Assembly: GCA_037144045.1 (NCBI GenBank)
Contig: JBAWXN010000002.1
Coordinates: forward strand, 150,875 to 214,874
Direction: 5' to 3'
From: a bacterium
GTDB lineage: Bacteria; Patescibacteriota; Minisyncoccia; Phycocordibacterales; UBA1006
DNA length: 64,000 nucleotides
The translations under genes were made by a program, and so were the position numbers. Below are positions 37,038-46,850 of this stretch, piece after piece (positions within the stretch are counted from its first letter, which is position 1; each line of letters begins with the position of its first letter). Under the pieces are notes generated by a model. The model ran no database searches and was not told the DNA's origin. It saw only the letters and a program-made list of their open reading frames with translations.

Positions 37038-37682
37038 TTATTTTGTTTCCAAATGACTTATTTGGGATTCAATCTTCTCAATAATACGTGTCACCAAGTC
37101 TTTACGATTACCGGTTGCTGACCTAAACAACGGAAGGAGGAGTTCTCGAGTTTCCTTAATTTGTTTCTCGGCCCAACCTGCTTTAGGTGATGGTGCGCGC
37201 AAATTATGGAGCCGATCGATCGCTTTACCTACAATGGCGTCCTCATTCTTTGTAAGTTCTGTAAGGTAGTGCTGCATCATTTGGTCTTTCGAGGTAAAGT
37301 CCTTAGTAAATTCGTCTACATGTGGCTTGGTAAGGCGAATTACCGTATCAGCTACATGGTTTCCAAAAATACGTGCAATACGAAACTGTGCGGTCCGTAT
37401 AAATTCAGCATACCCGTCCGTAACATTTCCAAAAAGTGGTGTGTCTTCACCTACATCGTGCAAAAGGAATGAAATAAGGAGTTCTGGTTCGTAGACCCCT
37501 AATTCATCCATAAGGATAATACATCCCGCACGAGGGTGTTCAAAATAACGACCCCCTTTTTGTCGTTTTTGGGTTCGATGGGCTTCTTTGGATAAATCAT
37601 ATGCAAACATGACTAAATCGATGTCTTGCTGGTTCAAGTGGGGGATAAGGCGAGTAATAAAGGTGAGTCTGTTTTCTTGCAT
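37038..37682 (-). CDS. HD-domain phosphohydrolase (RelA/SpoT-type ppGpp hydrolase-like)
   Basis: ...HPRAGCIILMDELG...LLHDVGEDT... is the H...HD motif of the HD superfamily. The longest ORF extends to 37742 and overlaps the next gene. Confidence 0.65.
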   Translation of the reverse strand: MQENRLTFITRLIPHLNQQDIDLVMFAYDLSKEAHRTQKRQKGGRYFEHPRAGCIILMDELGVYEPELLISFLLHDVGEDTPLFGNVTDGYAEFIRTAQFRIARIFGNHVADTVIRLTKPHVDEFTKDFTSKDQMMQHYLTELTKNEDAIVGKAIDRLHNLRAPSPKAGWAEKQIKETRELLLPLFRSATGNRKDLVTRIIEKIESQISHLETK

Positions 37683-37692
37683 ATAATAAATG

Positions 37693-37911
37693 TTATGGGG
37701 TGAGTAATGGGCACCAGTCAGGTACCGTTGTTTCGCGTACAATGTTGTAAGGACGACAGGCGACCGTGATTTCGCGCGACTGTTTGGTGCAGACGACTTT
37801 TACGTCGTCATCGCAGAACCAGTCGTAGGGATCAGGGTCAGAGAGTACTTTATGAAAAGGACATTCCGTACATGACGTAATTGAAGCATGAATTGTTTTT
37901 TGATCTTTCAT
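37693..37911 (-). CDS. small Cys-rich hypothetical protein
   Basis: MKDQKTIHASITSCTECPFHK...DWCPLL. Confidence 0.35.
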   Translation of the reverse strand: MKDQKTIHASITSCTECPFHKVLSDPDPYDWFCDDDVKVVCTKQSREITVACRPYNIVRETTVPDWCPLLTP

Positions 37912-38072
37912 ATGTTGAGTTTTAATAATGAACAACTACACTTACAGTAACATTTAAAAAACCTTCAATGGCCTTATTATTACATAATGAATACAGTCCA
38001 GAAAAGGATCCTTTACAGGAACAGTGGTAGGGTATATTATGAAAGTATTATTCTGTAAAAAAACTTTTACAT

Positions 38073-38831
38073 ATGAACTATAATGAATCACTTAAAAAAC
38101 TCGGGTTGACCGAAGACCAGTCACGTATTTACCTCGTACTTGTTCAGGTTCCTATTCTACCAGCTCGCCTTATTGCGAGTCAGTCAGGAGTGAGTCGAGA
38201 ACTAACGTATATTGTACTTGGGCAACTTGAACAAAAAGGCCTGGTGGAACGTTCAAGTCAGGGCAAGATTATTTTATTTCGAGCAAAGAATCCTGGGAAT
38301 CTAAAATCGTTAGTAGAGTATAAGAAAACGCGAGCAGTAGAAGCTGAGGAGGCGTACCAAACCGTTATTGGGAATTTGGTAAGTGATTTTAATAAAGGCC
38401 ATGGTAAGCCATTCATTCGTTCCTACGAAGGGTTAGATGGTCTGCAAAAAACGTACGATCACATTCTTAAGAAAGCAAAAACGGTATATGTAATTCGATC
38501 ATTATTTGATCATGAACACAAAGACGTACGTGCTCTGGTGGTTCAGCAATTAGCAGAACAAGCAAAAAAGGGAATACGGTCCTATGTTATTTCACCTAAG
38601 TTACCGCACATGAAGACTGAAAAAATAATACATAACCTAGAACGAAATATTACTAGAAAAGTGGTACCTTTAGAAAAGCTTGAACTACCATCCCAAATCA
38701 TTATTTATAATAATACCGTAAGTATTACTTCTCTTAAAAAAGAGATTGTTACAACGGTAATTGAAAACGAAGATATCGCGCAGACGTTTAAAAAGATATT
38801 TGATTATCTGTGGGATGCTGATAGTGAGTAA
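38073..38831 (+). CDS. TrmB-family HTH transcriptional regulator (paralog 3)
   Basis: LKKLGLTEDQSRIYLVLVQVPILPARLIASQSGVSRELTYIVLGQLEQKGLV. Confidence 0.55.
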   Translation: MNYNESLKKLGLTEDQSRIYLVLVQVPILPARLIASQSGVSRELTYIVLGQLEQKGLVERSSQGKIILFRAKNPGNLKSLVEYKKTRAVEAEEAYQTVIGNLVSDFNKGHGKPFIRSYEGLDGLQKTYDHILKKAKTVYVIRSLFDHEHKDVRALVVQQLAEQAKKGIRSYVISPKLPHMKTEKIIHNLERNITRKVVPLEKLELPSQIIIYNNTVSITSLKKEIVTTVIENEDIAQTFKKIFDYLWDADSE

Positions 38832-38897
38832 TTGATCCAGAAGCATCTTTTTAAGGATGTACAGTTGTTACTACGTGAGCAAATTATTTTGGAAATC

Positions 38898-38923
38898 GAA
38901 AGCCCCCAGTAAAGGGGGCTTTC
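38898..38923 (+). terminator. rho-independent terminator
   Basis: gaaagcccccagtaaagggggctttc. Confidence 0.6.
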
Positions 38924-39016
38924 TCGGAGGCCGAGGCCACTAATACAAGCTAGTTTACATTATTTAGTATTTTTATCAAATTAATAAAGAAGGTAGGTTG
39001 ATAAAAAATTTATAAT

Positions 39017-39045
39017 TTGACTTTGCATAAAAACTATGCTAATAT
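39017..39045 (+). promoter_or_regulatory. sigma70-like promoter TTGACT-17-TGcTAATAT
   Basis: aatTTGACTttgcataaaaactatgcTAATATataaaac; the transcript would start near 39052. Confidence 0.5.
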
Positions 39046-39065
39046 ATAAAACATGTATTTAATCA

Positions 39066-39137
39066 ATGCACAAATTTCATATCGATCAACTTGGACCCAT
39101 AATGTGGTTGTCCTTGGTGGTGCTTTTGATATGCTAA
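39066..39137 (+). CDS. candidate 23-aa hydrophobic leader/small peptide ORF (MHKFHIDQLGPIMWLSLVVLLIC); speculative
   Basis: ATG at 39066, TAA at 39135-39137, located between the promoter and the 39188-39222 terminator. No clear Shine-Dalgarno sequence. Confidence 0.2.
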   Translation: MHKFHIDQLGPIMWLSLVVLLIC

Positions 39138-39187
39138 AAAGTTTGTGTATAGCTGATAGTTTTTAATGCGTTACTAAAACGCTTATT

Positions 39188-39222
39188 AAAAAACCTCAGC
39201 TGTACAAAAGCTGAGGTTTTTG
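39188..39222 (+). terminator. intrinsic terminator hairpin inside the 5' leader of the ABC exporter gene (possible attenuator)
   Basis: aaaaacctcagctgtacaaaagctgaggtttttg, about 40 nt upstream of the ABC gene start. Confidence 0.6.
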
Positions 39223-39262
39223 TTTAGCAGAATTGATCTTTTCACAATTAAATAACATAGAT

Positions 39263-41032
39263 ATGATAGAGAAAAAACACACTAAACTTAGTTTAGAAAT
39301 GATTTTACAGGTTTGGAAACATTGGAAACCAACATTTAAAAAAAGTAAATGGAGCCTGTTGGGTGCGATGGTATTCTTTTCAGCATCGATGATATTGGAA
39401 GTTCTCATAAAGCCGTTATGCTGGAGGGAGGTATTCGATGGATTAGTTGCTAAGATAGATGTTTTGCCATATTTTTACCTTGCACTTGCAACGTCAATTG
39501 CTGCATTTATAATGTCGCGATTTGGTGACGCATCAATAGTGCTTGCGGAAACGCGCATTATTCGTAATTTAAAACATTACATTATGGAAGGATTGCTTGG
39601 TAAAAGTATGCAATTCTATACTGATCATTCTTCAGGAGGATTGGTAGCAAAGTCAAAACGATTTGCTGCTGTTTCCGAACAAGTGATTGATGAGTGTATA
39701 TTATCAATTATTCGTTCGATGATATTAATAGTATACTTCTTTATTTTTGTTGCTATCACTATTCCTAGTCTTATACCGGTATTTTTAATCTGGATTACGG
39801 TATTCATTTCACTGGTGGTTTTTATCACTAAGCGAAGGCTAAAATATGATTTAATGAGTGCTAATGCAGATTCGATAACCACGGGCTTCGTGAGTGATAC
39901 TTTTATGTCGGTGTTTACCTTGAGAATTTTTTCTTCGGTGTTTCGGCAGCTTAACGTATTTCAGGAAATAATTACTGAAGAAGAACGCAAGCGGAGAAAG
40001 TCTTGGTATATTGGTAATTTACAATGGGGTCTTCAATCAGTATTAGTGATACTTCTTGAATTCATTTGCATGTACTACGTACTCAAAGAGATTCACAATG
40101 GTGTTTACAAAGTAGGTATGGCCGCATTGGTGCAATCCTATATTGCATCTCTTGGGATGTATATGTGGGGACTAGGAAGAAGTCTTGTAAAAGTTCATAC
40201 CGCCTTTACTGATGCGTATGAAATGGCTGAACTTCTTGATCATGAATCTACTGAACCCATTAATCGTGGTGATGTATTTATTCCTCAGCATTATGGCATT
40301 GAATTAAAAAAAGTTTCATTTGGATACGATGCAGAGCAACCGATCCTTCGTAATTTTTCCTTTTCGTTTGAACCAGGAAGGAGTTATGGAGTAATTGGTA
40401 AAACAGGTTCTGGAAAATCTACACTAATGAAATTGGTTATGAAGTTTTATAATGCAGATAAGGGAATCATAACGGTTGGCAGTAGAGATATTGAGTCGAT
40501 TCATAAAAATACATTACGGTCATTTATTTCATTTGTTTCGCAAATACCTACTTTCCCAAGTATCACCATACGCGAAGTTATTGCCTTAGGTAATCCATCT
40601 GCTACAGAGCAGGAGATTATCAGTGCAGCAAAACAAGCATGTTGTGATTTTATTTGGGAAAAGCCATTAGGGTTTGATACAGTAATTGGAGAACGAGGCA
40701 TTAAGTTGTCAGGCGGCGAAGCACAACGCTTAGCCATCGCAGCTGCAATACTTAAAGATGCTCCTATTATTGTTATGGATGAACCAACGAGTGCCCTTGA
40801 TGCGGTTACTGAACGCGCTATTCAAAATGCGCTCAATACTTCATTCAAGGGGAAGACTATGATTGTTATTGCACACCGACTTTCAACGGTTGCGGTGCTT
40901 GATGAAATTATTCTCCTTGAACATGGTGAAATCGTGGATCATGGTTCCCATAATAAATTACTAGTGTCATCACAGGCCTACAGTGAAGCATGGGAACTAC
41001 AAACGAACCCACAAATATTTGTACATGAATAA
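39263..41032 (+). CDS. ABC exporter, fused permease plus ATP-binding protein
   Basis: N-terminal 6-TM domain. Walker A GKTGSGKSTL, signature LSGGEAQRLAIAAAIL, Walker B IIVMDEPTSALD. ORF track starts at 39233. Confidence 0.85.
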   Translation: MIEKKHTKLSLEMILQVWKHWKPTFKKSKWSLLGAMVFFSASMILEVLIKPLCWREVFDGLVAKIDVLPYFYLALATSIAAFIMSRFGDASIVLAETRIIRNLKHYIMEGLLGKSMQFYTDHSSGGLVAKSKRFAAVSEQVIDECILSIIRSMILIVYFFIFVAITIPSLIPVFLIWITVFISLVVFITKRRLKYDLMSANADSITTGFVSDTFMSVFTLRIFSSVFRQLNVFQEIITEEERKRRKSWYIGNLQWGLQSVLVILLEFICMYYVLKEIHNGVYKVGMAALVQSYIASLGMYMWGLGRSLVKVHTAFTDAYEMAELLDHESTEPINRGDVFIPQHYGIELKKVSFGYDAEQPILRNFSFSFEPGRSYGVIGKTGSGKSTLMKLVMKFYNADKGIITVGSRDIESIHKNTLRSFISFVSQIPTFPSITIREVIALGNPSATEQEIISAAKQACCDFIWEKPLGFDTVIGERGIKLSGGEAQRLAIAAAILKDAPIIVMDEPTSALDAVTERAIQNALNTSFKGKTMIVIAHRLSTVAVLDEIILLEHGEIVDHGSHNKLLVSSQAYSEAWELQTNPQIFVHE

Positions 41033-41055
41033 TTACATAATCTGGTAACACCAGT

Positions 41056-41085
41056 AAACCACCTCATTGCGAGGTGGTTTTTTTA
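41056..41085. terminator. bidirectional rho-independent terminator
   Basis: aaaccacctcattgcgaggtggtttttttt. Confidence 0.7.
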
Positions 41086-42941
41086 TAATGACTTAAAAAG
41101 AGTACCCCAAGGTCTCGTTGTTCGTGAGTACGTTCTAATATTTTTAAGTAACGATCGAGTGGTTCGATAAGAAAAAGGGTGTCTTCTAAAAATTTGAGTT
41201 GCGCTACAGTAGTTCTCGCTTGCTGAATAAGGAGAATGAGTTCCTGGTAGAGGTCATCAAATACGTGATTCCAAAACAAATGGTGAAGCGTTGTTTTTTC
41301 AGCCGAGAAATTGAGTACGGTACAGATATTGTTTTTTCTGTAGCGATTAATAATTTTTGCAGTAATTGGGTTAATATATCCACGCTCTAAATCTGAATAC
41401 CAGTCGTGCATGTCATCAAGGGTTTGTTTTACGGTAAGAAGATTTTGAAAATAATCCTTTATCAATGCTACAAAATGATAACTATGAGTAATAGGTAACA
41501 GTAATGTAAGAGAGATGGGCCCCAGAGCTATTCCTATAGATTTTTTCGAAGACTGAATGATAGGCTGCAATTTTTCTTGAAAAAGAGTTAGGTCTAAACA
41601 ATTTCCAACAATGAGAAATGTGTGATTAGTAATTTCCTCGAGGAGTGATTCATTAATGTCATAGAAAAGGCTTTGAATAACAGTTGCATCACTTGATCCA
41701 AATAATACTGAATACACGAGCTCTTGAGAGAGGAGAATACTTGTCGTTGCAAGAGGGAGTCGTTCTACGGGTGACTCGTGATCAATTATTTCGTCTTGAA
41801 TAGTAAAGCCGATCCAACCAAGGAGTGTAGAAAGACATAAGGTGTGAATAGTTTCGTGGCTAATAGTGTCGCGATAGTTTTCATTGAGGTTAGTATAAAA
41901 GGTGTAAGGAATAAGGAGTTCTCTTGTTGAGTGGGTGGTTGTGAGCTGTTTCAGTGCCTCTAATATTTTTTCCTTAAGGAGTGGTTGCCCAATTAATAAG
42001 CTTTCCAAGATTAATAAGGATTCATTAAGAATAGATTGAGTAGTATCTATTCTGTGTTCTGTCTCAACTTGCGGGGTGCTGGTGAGTAGGTGCACCTGTA
42101 GTGCTATTGCCAATTCAAAAGCTGCGCAGGTACTGTAAATAACTTCTCCGTTATTAATTTTTTCAATGAAGAAAGGATGTAGGCTTGAATGACTAAGGTG
42201 GTGTTTAGTAGAAACATTTTTTATTGAAGAGTGTCCCAAATTATGAAATAGTATTGTGAGTAAATGGTGCTCCAGATCATTTGCAGGTTCAATGAGTTTC
42301 GGGTTATTAGTAATAGTTTTTGTAAGCTCATCTTTCAATAATGACGGGAGGCATTCAGACAAAAAATAAATAACAATAATGGTTTTATAGTAGTACTGAG
42401 AAGTAAAATCTAAGCTGATAATTTTTTCTCTAAAATAGGTTTCGAGTTGAGGCAGGAATATTCCTTGCGAGCCAAGGAAGCGATAAATATTTGCGTTAGT
42501 AACTATATCAACATTATCCCAGTTAGTGAGATTAGTTATCCAAGTTTTATAAGGCCCACCAGGGATTGTTTCTTGATTAATAAGGAGATTGGTTATTGAT
42601 ACGAGGAACTCAGGAGTGATGAAAGATTTGTCATGGAGGGTAATTGCAGTAATGACTAAAAAAGTATCATCGAGGTCGTCTGGATAAGGAGAAGTATTTT
42701 TTCTTGCAATATAATTCCATGTACTCGAAACACTCATTTCTTGTTTGAGAAATGAAAGACTGTTTTGGATAATGGTTTCTTTTGTGGGCGAGGTAGGTAG
42801 TTTTTCTAAAATAATAATAATGAGTGCTGTATAGTAAACACTTTCACTGGATGGCCCATAAGGAATTGTTGATTGAGAAAAACTTCCGTCGTTGTTTTGT
42901 AATTGACTTAATTTATTAATAAGCTGTTCGTAGGTATTCAA
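41064..42941 (-). CDS. large hypothetical protein; N-terminal region has QxxDGSF and DLDDT (DxDD-like) motifs suggesting an alpha/alpha-toroid (terpenoid-cyclase/prenyltransferase-like) fold; assignment tentative
   Basis: 625 aa; ...LQNNDGSFSQSTIP... and ...PYPDDLDDTFLVITAI...; the C-terminal half is helical with DEIIDHE. Confidence 0.6.
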   Translation of the reverse strand: MNTYEQLINKLSQLQNNDGSFSQSTIPYGPSSESVYYTALIIIILEKLPTSPTKETIIQNSLSFLKQEMSVSSTWNYIARKNTSPYPDDLDDTFLVITAITLHDKSFITPEFLVSITNLLINQETIPGGPYKTWITNLTNWDNVDIVTNANIYRFLGSQGIFLPQLETYFREKIISLDFTSQYYYKTIIVIYFLSECLPSLLKDELTKTITNNPKLIEPANDLEHHLLTILFHNLGHSSIKNVSTKHHLSHSSLHPFFIEKINNGEVIYSTCAAFELAIALQVHLLTSTPQVETEHRIDTTQSILNESLLILESLLIGQPLLKEKILEALKQLTTTHSTRELLIPYTFYTNLNENYRDTISHETIHTLCLSTLLGWIGFTIQDEIIDHESPVERLPLATTSILLSQELVYSVLFGSSDATVIQSLFYDINESLLEEITNHTFLIVGNCLDLTLFQEKLQPIIQSSKKSIGIALGPISLTLLLPITHSYHFVALIKDYFQNLLTVKQTLDDMHDWYSDLERGYINPITAKIINRYRKNNICTVLNFSAEKTTLHHLFWNHVFDDLYQELILLIQQARTTVAQLKFLEDTLFLIEPLDRYLKILERTHEQRDLGVLFLSHYKKTTSQ

Positions 42942-42945
42942 TGAA

Positions 42946-44385
42946 TTACTGATGGGGTATTGGGATAATTACTGAAAATGTAGTTCCATTATAAGTATCA
43001 CTAATAAATGATATCGATCCTTTGAATACTTCTTCAACAATATTCTTAACATGAGAAAGACCCAGGCCGTTGCCTTGAGGTTTGGTAGTATACAAGTGCG
43101 TAAAAATTGATTGCTTGTGCTCGGGGGTTATTCCCGATCCGTAGTCGGTAACAGTAAAAACCATGTGGTTTCTTTGTTTCATGAGTGAAACGATGACCAC
43201 CTTTTCTTGGGTTGTTGTTCCATGATATGACTCAATTGCATTAGTAATTAAATTGAGAGCTATTTGATAGAAAAGAAATGGTGAACCTTTAAATGAGAAG
43301 TCTTTACTATGGTCATTAAATGTAATGACCACTGATGCGATACGGGCTTTATAGGTAAGAATATCGATAACATCCCTTACTTCATTACCAGGATAAAACA
43401 AAACTGAATTTGTTTCAGGGCGTATTTGTTTTCTTACCAATGAAAGTGCTTCACCCATACGTTTTGTACTACTTGCTATCTTTTGGAGGGGTGCTTTCAT
43501 TTCCAAGAACTCGTGATTCTTTTGGGATAGCTGATCCACGTGAGCAATAATTCCTGATAATGGGCTAATCAAATCATGAAAAATTCCAGTAGAGAGCCTT
43601 CCTAAATCAGCAAGATGGGTTAATTGAGTAACTTGCTTTAGCTGTAACTCTTTGAGTTCTTGAGTTCGTTCTTGTACGCGTAGCTCCAAGAGATTTCTTT
43701 CTTGAATGAGTTCTTGCTCAGATACCCTTGCGCGAGCGAGAGACTTTTCTGTTTCCCTATTTGCAAGCCAAGAGATTCCCACAATACATGCAAATATAAA
43801 ACACACTTCAAAAATGTCTTGTAATGATAATGGGTCATCCTGCCAGTAAAGGTGTAATGGAATAATGTGAGTAATTTGAAGCCAGGTAATACTACTAATT
43901 ATCCCAGAAAGAATAAGGGTTAGTAGTGCCCCAAAGCGCGTGGAAAATAAGATACTCGAAATGGTGATAATGAGAATCATGCCTAAAATAATCATAGGTA
44001 GCACAAAACTCCAGACATATACTGCATAGAGGGTTATTGCACTATAGATACCAATAAGTAACCAGGAACTAAGAGTGATAAAACCTTTACGAGACAGGTA
44101 GAGTAAGCTAGAAAAACCAATCGTTATCACGAGCAAAATAAGCGGTGATATTCCAGTGTAGGCGCGCAGAGTATTGAAGTAAGTTACTAATGAAGAAACC
44201 GTGAGTATAGTAATAAGACTGATAGTACCAACGAGAACCCAGTTGAGTACGTATTCCTTTCGTTGTATGTCTTCAGAGGTGCTTTTCGGTGTAATAAGAA
44301 GTTCATGCAAAAAACGAATACTGAGTATTCGTAGAATGATAGCGCTATTGTTTTTAAATAGGTTACGTAGATTCATTTTTTGCAA
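42946..44385 (-). CDS. sensor histidine kinase with N-terminal about-6-TM sensing domain
   Basis: H-box GIFHDLISPLSG, ATPase N-box LITNAIESY, G-boxes DYGSGI / GNGLGLS. Starts 4 nt before the downstream gene. Confidence 0.8.
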   Translation of the reverse strand: MQKMNLRNLFKNNSAIILRILSIRFLHELLITPKSTSEDIQRKEYVLNWVLVGTISLITILTVSSLVTYFNTLRAYTGISPLILLVITIGFSSLLYLSRKGFITLSSWLLIGIYSAITLYAVYVWSFVLPMIILGMILIITISSILFSTRFGALLTLILSGIISSITWLQITHIIPLHLYWQDDPLSLQDIFEVCFIFACIVGISWLANRETEKSLARARVSEQELIQERNLLELRVQERTQELKELQLKQVTQLTHLADLGRLSTGIFHDLISPLSGIIAHVDQLSQKNHEFLEMKAPLQKIASSTKRMGEALSLVRKQIRPETNSVLFYPGNEVRDVIDILTYKARIASVVITFNDHSKDFSFKGSPFLFYQIALNLITNAIESYHGTTTQEKVVIVSLMKQRNHMVFTVTDYGSGITPEHKQSIFTHLYTTKPQGNGLGLSHVKNIVEEVFKGSISFISDTYNGTTFSVIIPIPHQ

Positions 44386-44590
44386 CTAATAATCTAACCG
44401 TTCCAGGGAAGAAATGTTTCACTGGTTAGTGCCAGTTGATCTGGTTGAGTAGATCGAGCTTGCGGATTCACAAGGAGTTCTTTGATAATGGAATTCATAT
44501 AGTTCAGTGATAAGAAATTATGCGACTTCATAATTCCTGTACATTGAGTATAACGATGATAAACTCAATTTTTATATAAGAAGAAATAAA

Positions 44591-45277
44591 TTATTTTTCT
44601 GTATCGATTTTATAACCCCTTCCCGGAATACTGTGAATGAGTTTCTTTTTCTTTGGTAGTTCAAGTTTCTTCCTCAGATTAAGGATATGCATTTCAATAG
44701 TGTTTGATACAGGGTCGATGTTCATATCCCATACGTGTTCGGTGATAGAACCTCGAGAAACCACGGATCCTTTATTACGCATGAGGTATTCAAGGAGGGC
44801 AAATTCTTTCTTGGTAAGGTAAATAGATTTATGGGCACGAGATACCTTTTGGGTAGAAGTATCTAGGGTTAAGTCGTCGAGCTCAAATTGATTATGCGTC
44901 ATCGATTTAGGTCTCCTCAGGATTGCATGAATTCTTGCAAGCAGTTCGTCGAAGAAGAAGGGTTTAGTGATGTAGTCATCAATTCCGCGACCTAATGCTT
45001 TTACTTTATTCTCAACGTCGTGGGTTACTGAAATCATAATAATAGGAACATGCCTCCTATGTGCGTTAGGTTGATTACGAATTTCATTACAAATGGTAAT
45101 ACCGTCTTTCTTGGGAAGTGAATAGTCTAATAAGACGAGATCGTAATCAGAGGTTTTTGCAAGTTGCAGTCCGTGGCTGCCGTCATGAGCACAATCAACG
45201 GCAAAGCAGTTTTCGCGGAGTCGCTCAGTAAGGTATTCTGACGTATCGATATCGTCTTCGATAATTAATATTCTCAT
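44591..45277 (-). CDS. OmpR/PhoB-family response regulator
   Basis: MRILIIEDDIDTSEYL...LVLLDYSLPKKDG receiver domain plus C-terminal winged helix (...LTKKEFALLEYLMRNKGSVVSR...GYKI). Confidence 0.85.
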   Translation of the reverse strand: MRILIIEDDIDTSEYLTERLRENCFAVDCAHDGSHGLQLAKTSDYDLVLLDYSLPKKDGITICNEIRNQPNAHRRHVPIIMISVTHDVENKVKALGRGIDDYITKPFFFDELLARIHAILRRPKSMTHNQFELDDLTLDTSTQKVSRAHKSIYLTKKEFALLEYLMRNKGSVVSRGSITEHVWDMNIDPVSNTIEMHILNLRKKLELPKKKKLIHSIPGRGYKIDTEK

Positions 45278-45384
45278 ACCCTGCATGATATAAAAATACC
45301 TATACAAATTCAACCCCACAAAATACCATTTCTTATAAAAGTTTATTTTTTCTTTATATTCAAAAATTTGCTAAACTAGGGTAT

Positions 45385-46188
45385 ATGAAAAAACTACTCG
45401 TCGGCCTTTGCGCCTTATTAATTATAGGAATAATGGCAACACCTGTGTTTGCTGCGACTACCCTTAAAAAGGGTGATAAAAAGCCGGTGGTAAAGAAGGT
45501 TCAGGAGGCTCCAGTACCAAAAGGTGCTACGATTTTGGTATATCACACGGTTGAGCCAAAAACAGATAAAAAAGAAGGGGTAATGCAAAAACACTATCAT
45601 ATTTTGCCAGAGAATTTTCGGGCACAAATGCGTTATTTAAAAGATAATGGGTATGCGGTAATTCCTATGAAGATCTACCTTGACCATATTAATAAAGGAA
45701 CTGAAATTCCGAAAAAGTCGGTTGTGCTTACATTTGATGATGGATGGAAGAATCAATATGATTATGCGTATCCCATTTTGAAAGAATTTGGATACACAGC
45801 AACTTTCTATATTATTACGGGAAGTACTGATGGAAAAACATATATGTCTTGGGATAATATTAGAGAATTGGATAAAGCTGGTATGGATATAGAATCGCAC
45901 ACAGTCACACATACCAATCTAGCTAAAGCCGACGAGAAAAAAATAGCAGATGAACTTACTCGTTCTAAAAAAACTCTTGAGGAAAAACTTGGACATAGTA
46001 TTTCAATGCTTGCGTATCCTTATTATGGAAACAATCCAGTTGTTCAAAAATTAGTTGCGGAGGCAGGGTACACATCAGCACGTGCAGGATGGACAAAGCT
46101 CGGTAATACGAAAGACACCTTGTTTATGCTGAAATCGCAAGAGGCAGTAAACAGTACCAACCCTTTTTTAAGTAAGGCAGATAAATAA
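45385..46188 (+). CDS. polysaccharide deacetylase (NodB-homology/CE4) with signal peptide
   Basis: VLTFDDGWKNQY (catalytic DD) ...MSWDNIREL...IESHTVTHTNL. Confidence 0.75.
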   Translation: MKKLLVGLCALLIIGIMATPVFAATTLKKGDKKPVVKKVQEAPVPKGATILVYHTVEPKTDKKEGVMQKHYHILPENFRAQMRYLKDNGYAVIPMKIYLDHINKGTEIPKKSVVLTFDDGWKNQYDYAYPILKEFGYTATFYIITGSTDGKTYMSWDNIRELDKAGMDIESHTVTHTNLAKADEKKIADELTRSKKTLEEKLGHSISMLAYPYYGNNPVVQKLVAEAGYTSARAGWTKLGNTKDTLFMLKSQEAVNSTNPFLSKADK

Positions 46189-46196
46189 TAGTAATC

Positions 46197-46850
46197 ATGG
46201 AATCAATTATTGCAGTATTACAACATTGGATTCAGGTAGCTGGCGGGTTGGGTGTTTTTGGTGCGTCAGTATTTGAAGAAGTTTTTTCTATTATTCCATC
46301 GTCGGTAGTACAAACCGCAGCGGGAATATTTATTATGGCTGGATTGCCTATTAATGTAATGAGTGTTTTGAAACTCATCGTTCAGGTGGCAATTCCTTCA
46401 GCGCTCGGGGTAACCGTAGGTTCACTTGTTTATGTGTGGTTAGCGCGTAAATTTGGAATATTACTCATAGAAAAACATGGAAAATGGATTGGAGTTTCCA
46501 TGGGTCATATTAGAAAACTTGAGAAAAAATTAGAAAACTCAAAATGGGATGACGTGGTGTTTGTTTTTCTACGTGCGTTTCCAGCAGTTCCTGCAGTTGC
46601 ACTCGCGGTATATGCAGGAATTCTTGAAATGCCCTGGAAAAAATATATGGTACTTACATTTATTGGGGTATTTATCCGTGCAACCTTATTAGGATTTATG
46701 GGATGGATGTTTCGTGATTCATTTACTTACCTCAATGACCGAGTTTCTACGATAGCTACTGAAATACTCTTAGGGCTCCTGGTCATTGGTGTGGTGTACC
46801 TTGTTTTTTCTAAATATAAAAACTACTTCAAAACATATGGCAATAAATAA
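46197..46850 (+). CDS. DedA-like membrane protein (paralog 3)
   Basis: Multi-TM; ...FLRAFPAVPAVALAVYAGIL resembles the DedA motif. Confidence 0.5.
   Translation: MESIIAVLQHWIQVAGGLGVFGASVFEEVFSIIPSSVVQTAAGIFIMAGLPINVMSVLKLIVQVAIPSALGVTVGSLVYVWLARKFGILLIEKHGKWIGVSMGHIRKLEKKLENSKWDDVVFVFLRAFPAVPAVALAVYAGILEMPWKKYMVLTFIGVFIRATLLGFMGWMFRDSFTYLNDRVSTIATEILLGLLVIGVVYLVFSKYKNYFKTYGNK

Noticed and set aside
37693-37742. Overlap between the HD hydrolase longest ORF and the Cys-rich small ORF
   Set aside because: It is resolved by choosing the internal Met (MQENRL) at 37682 as the HD-protein start. The long N-terminal extension MYAKQRYLTGAHYSPHNIYY is probably not translated.
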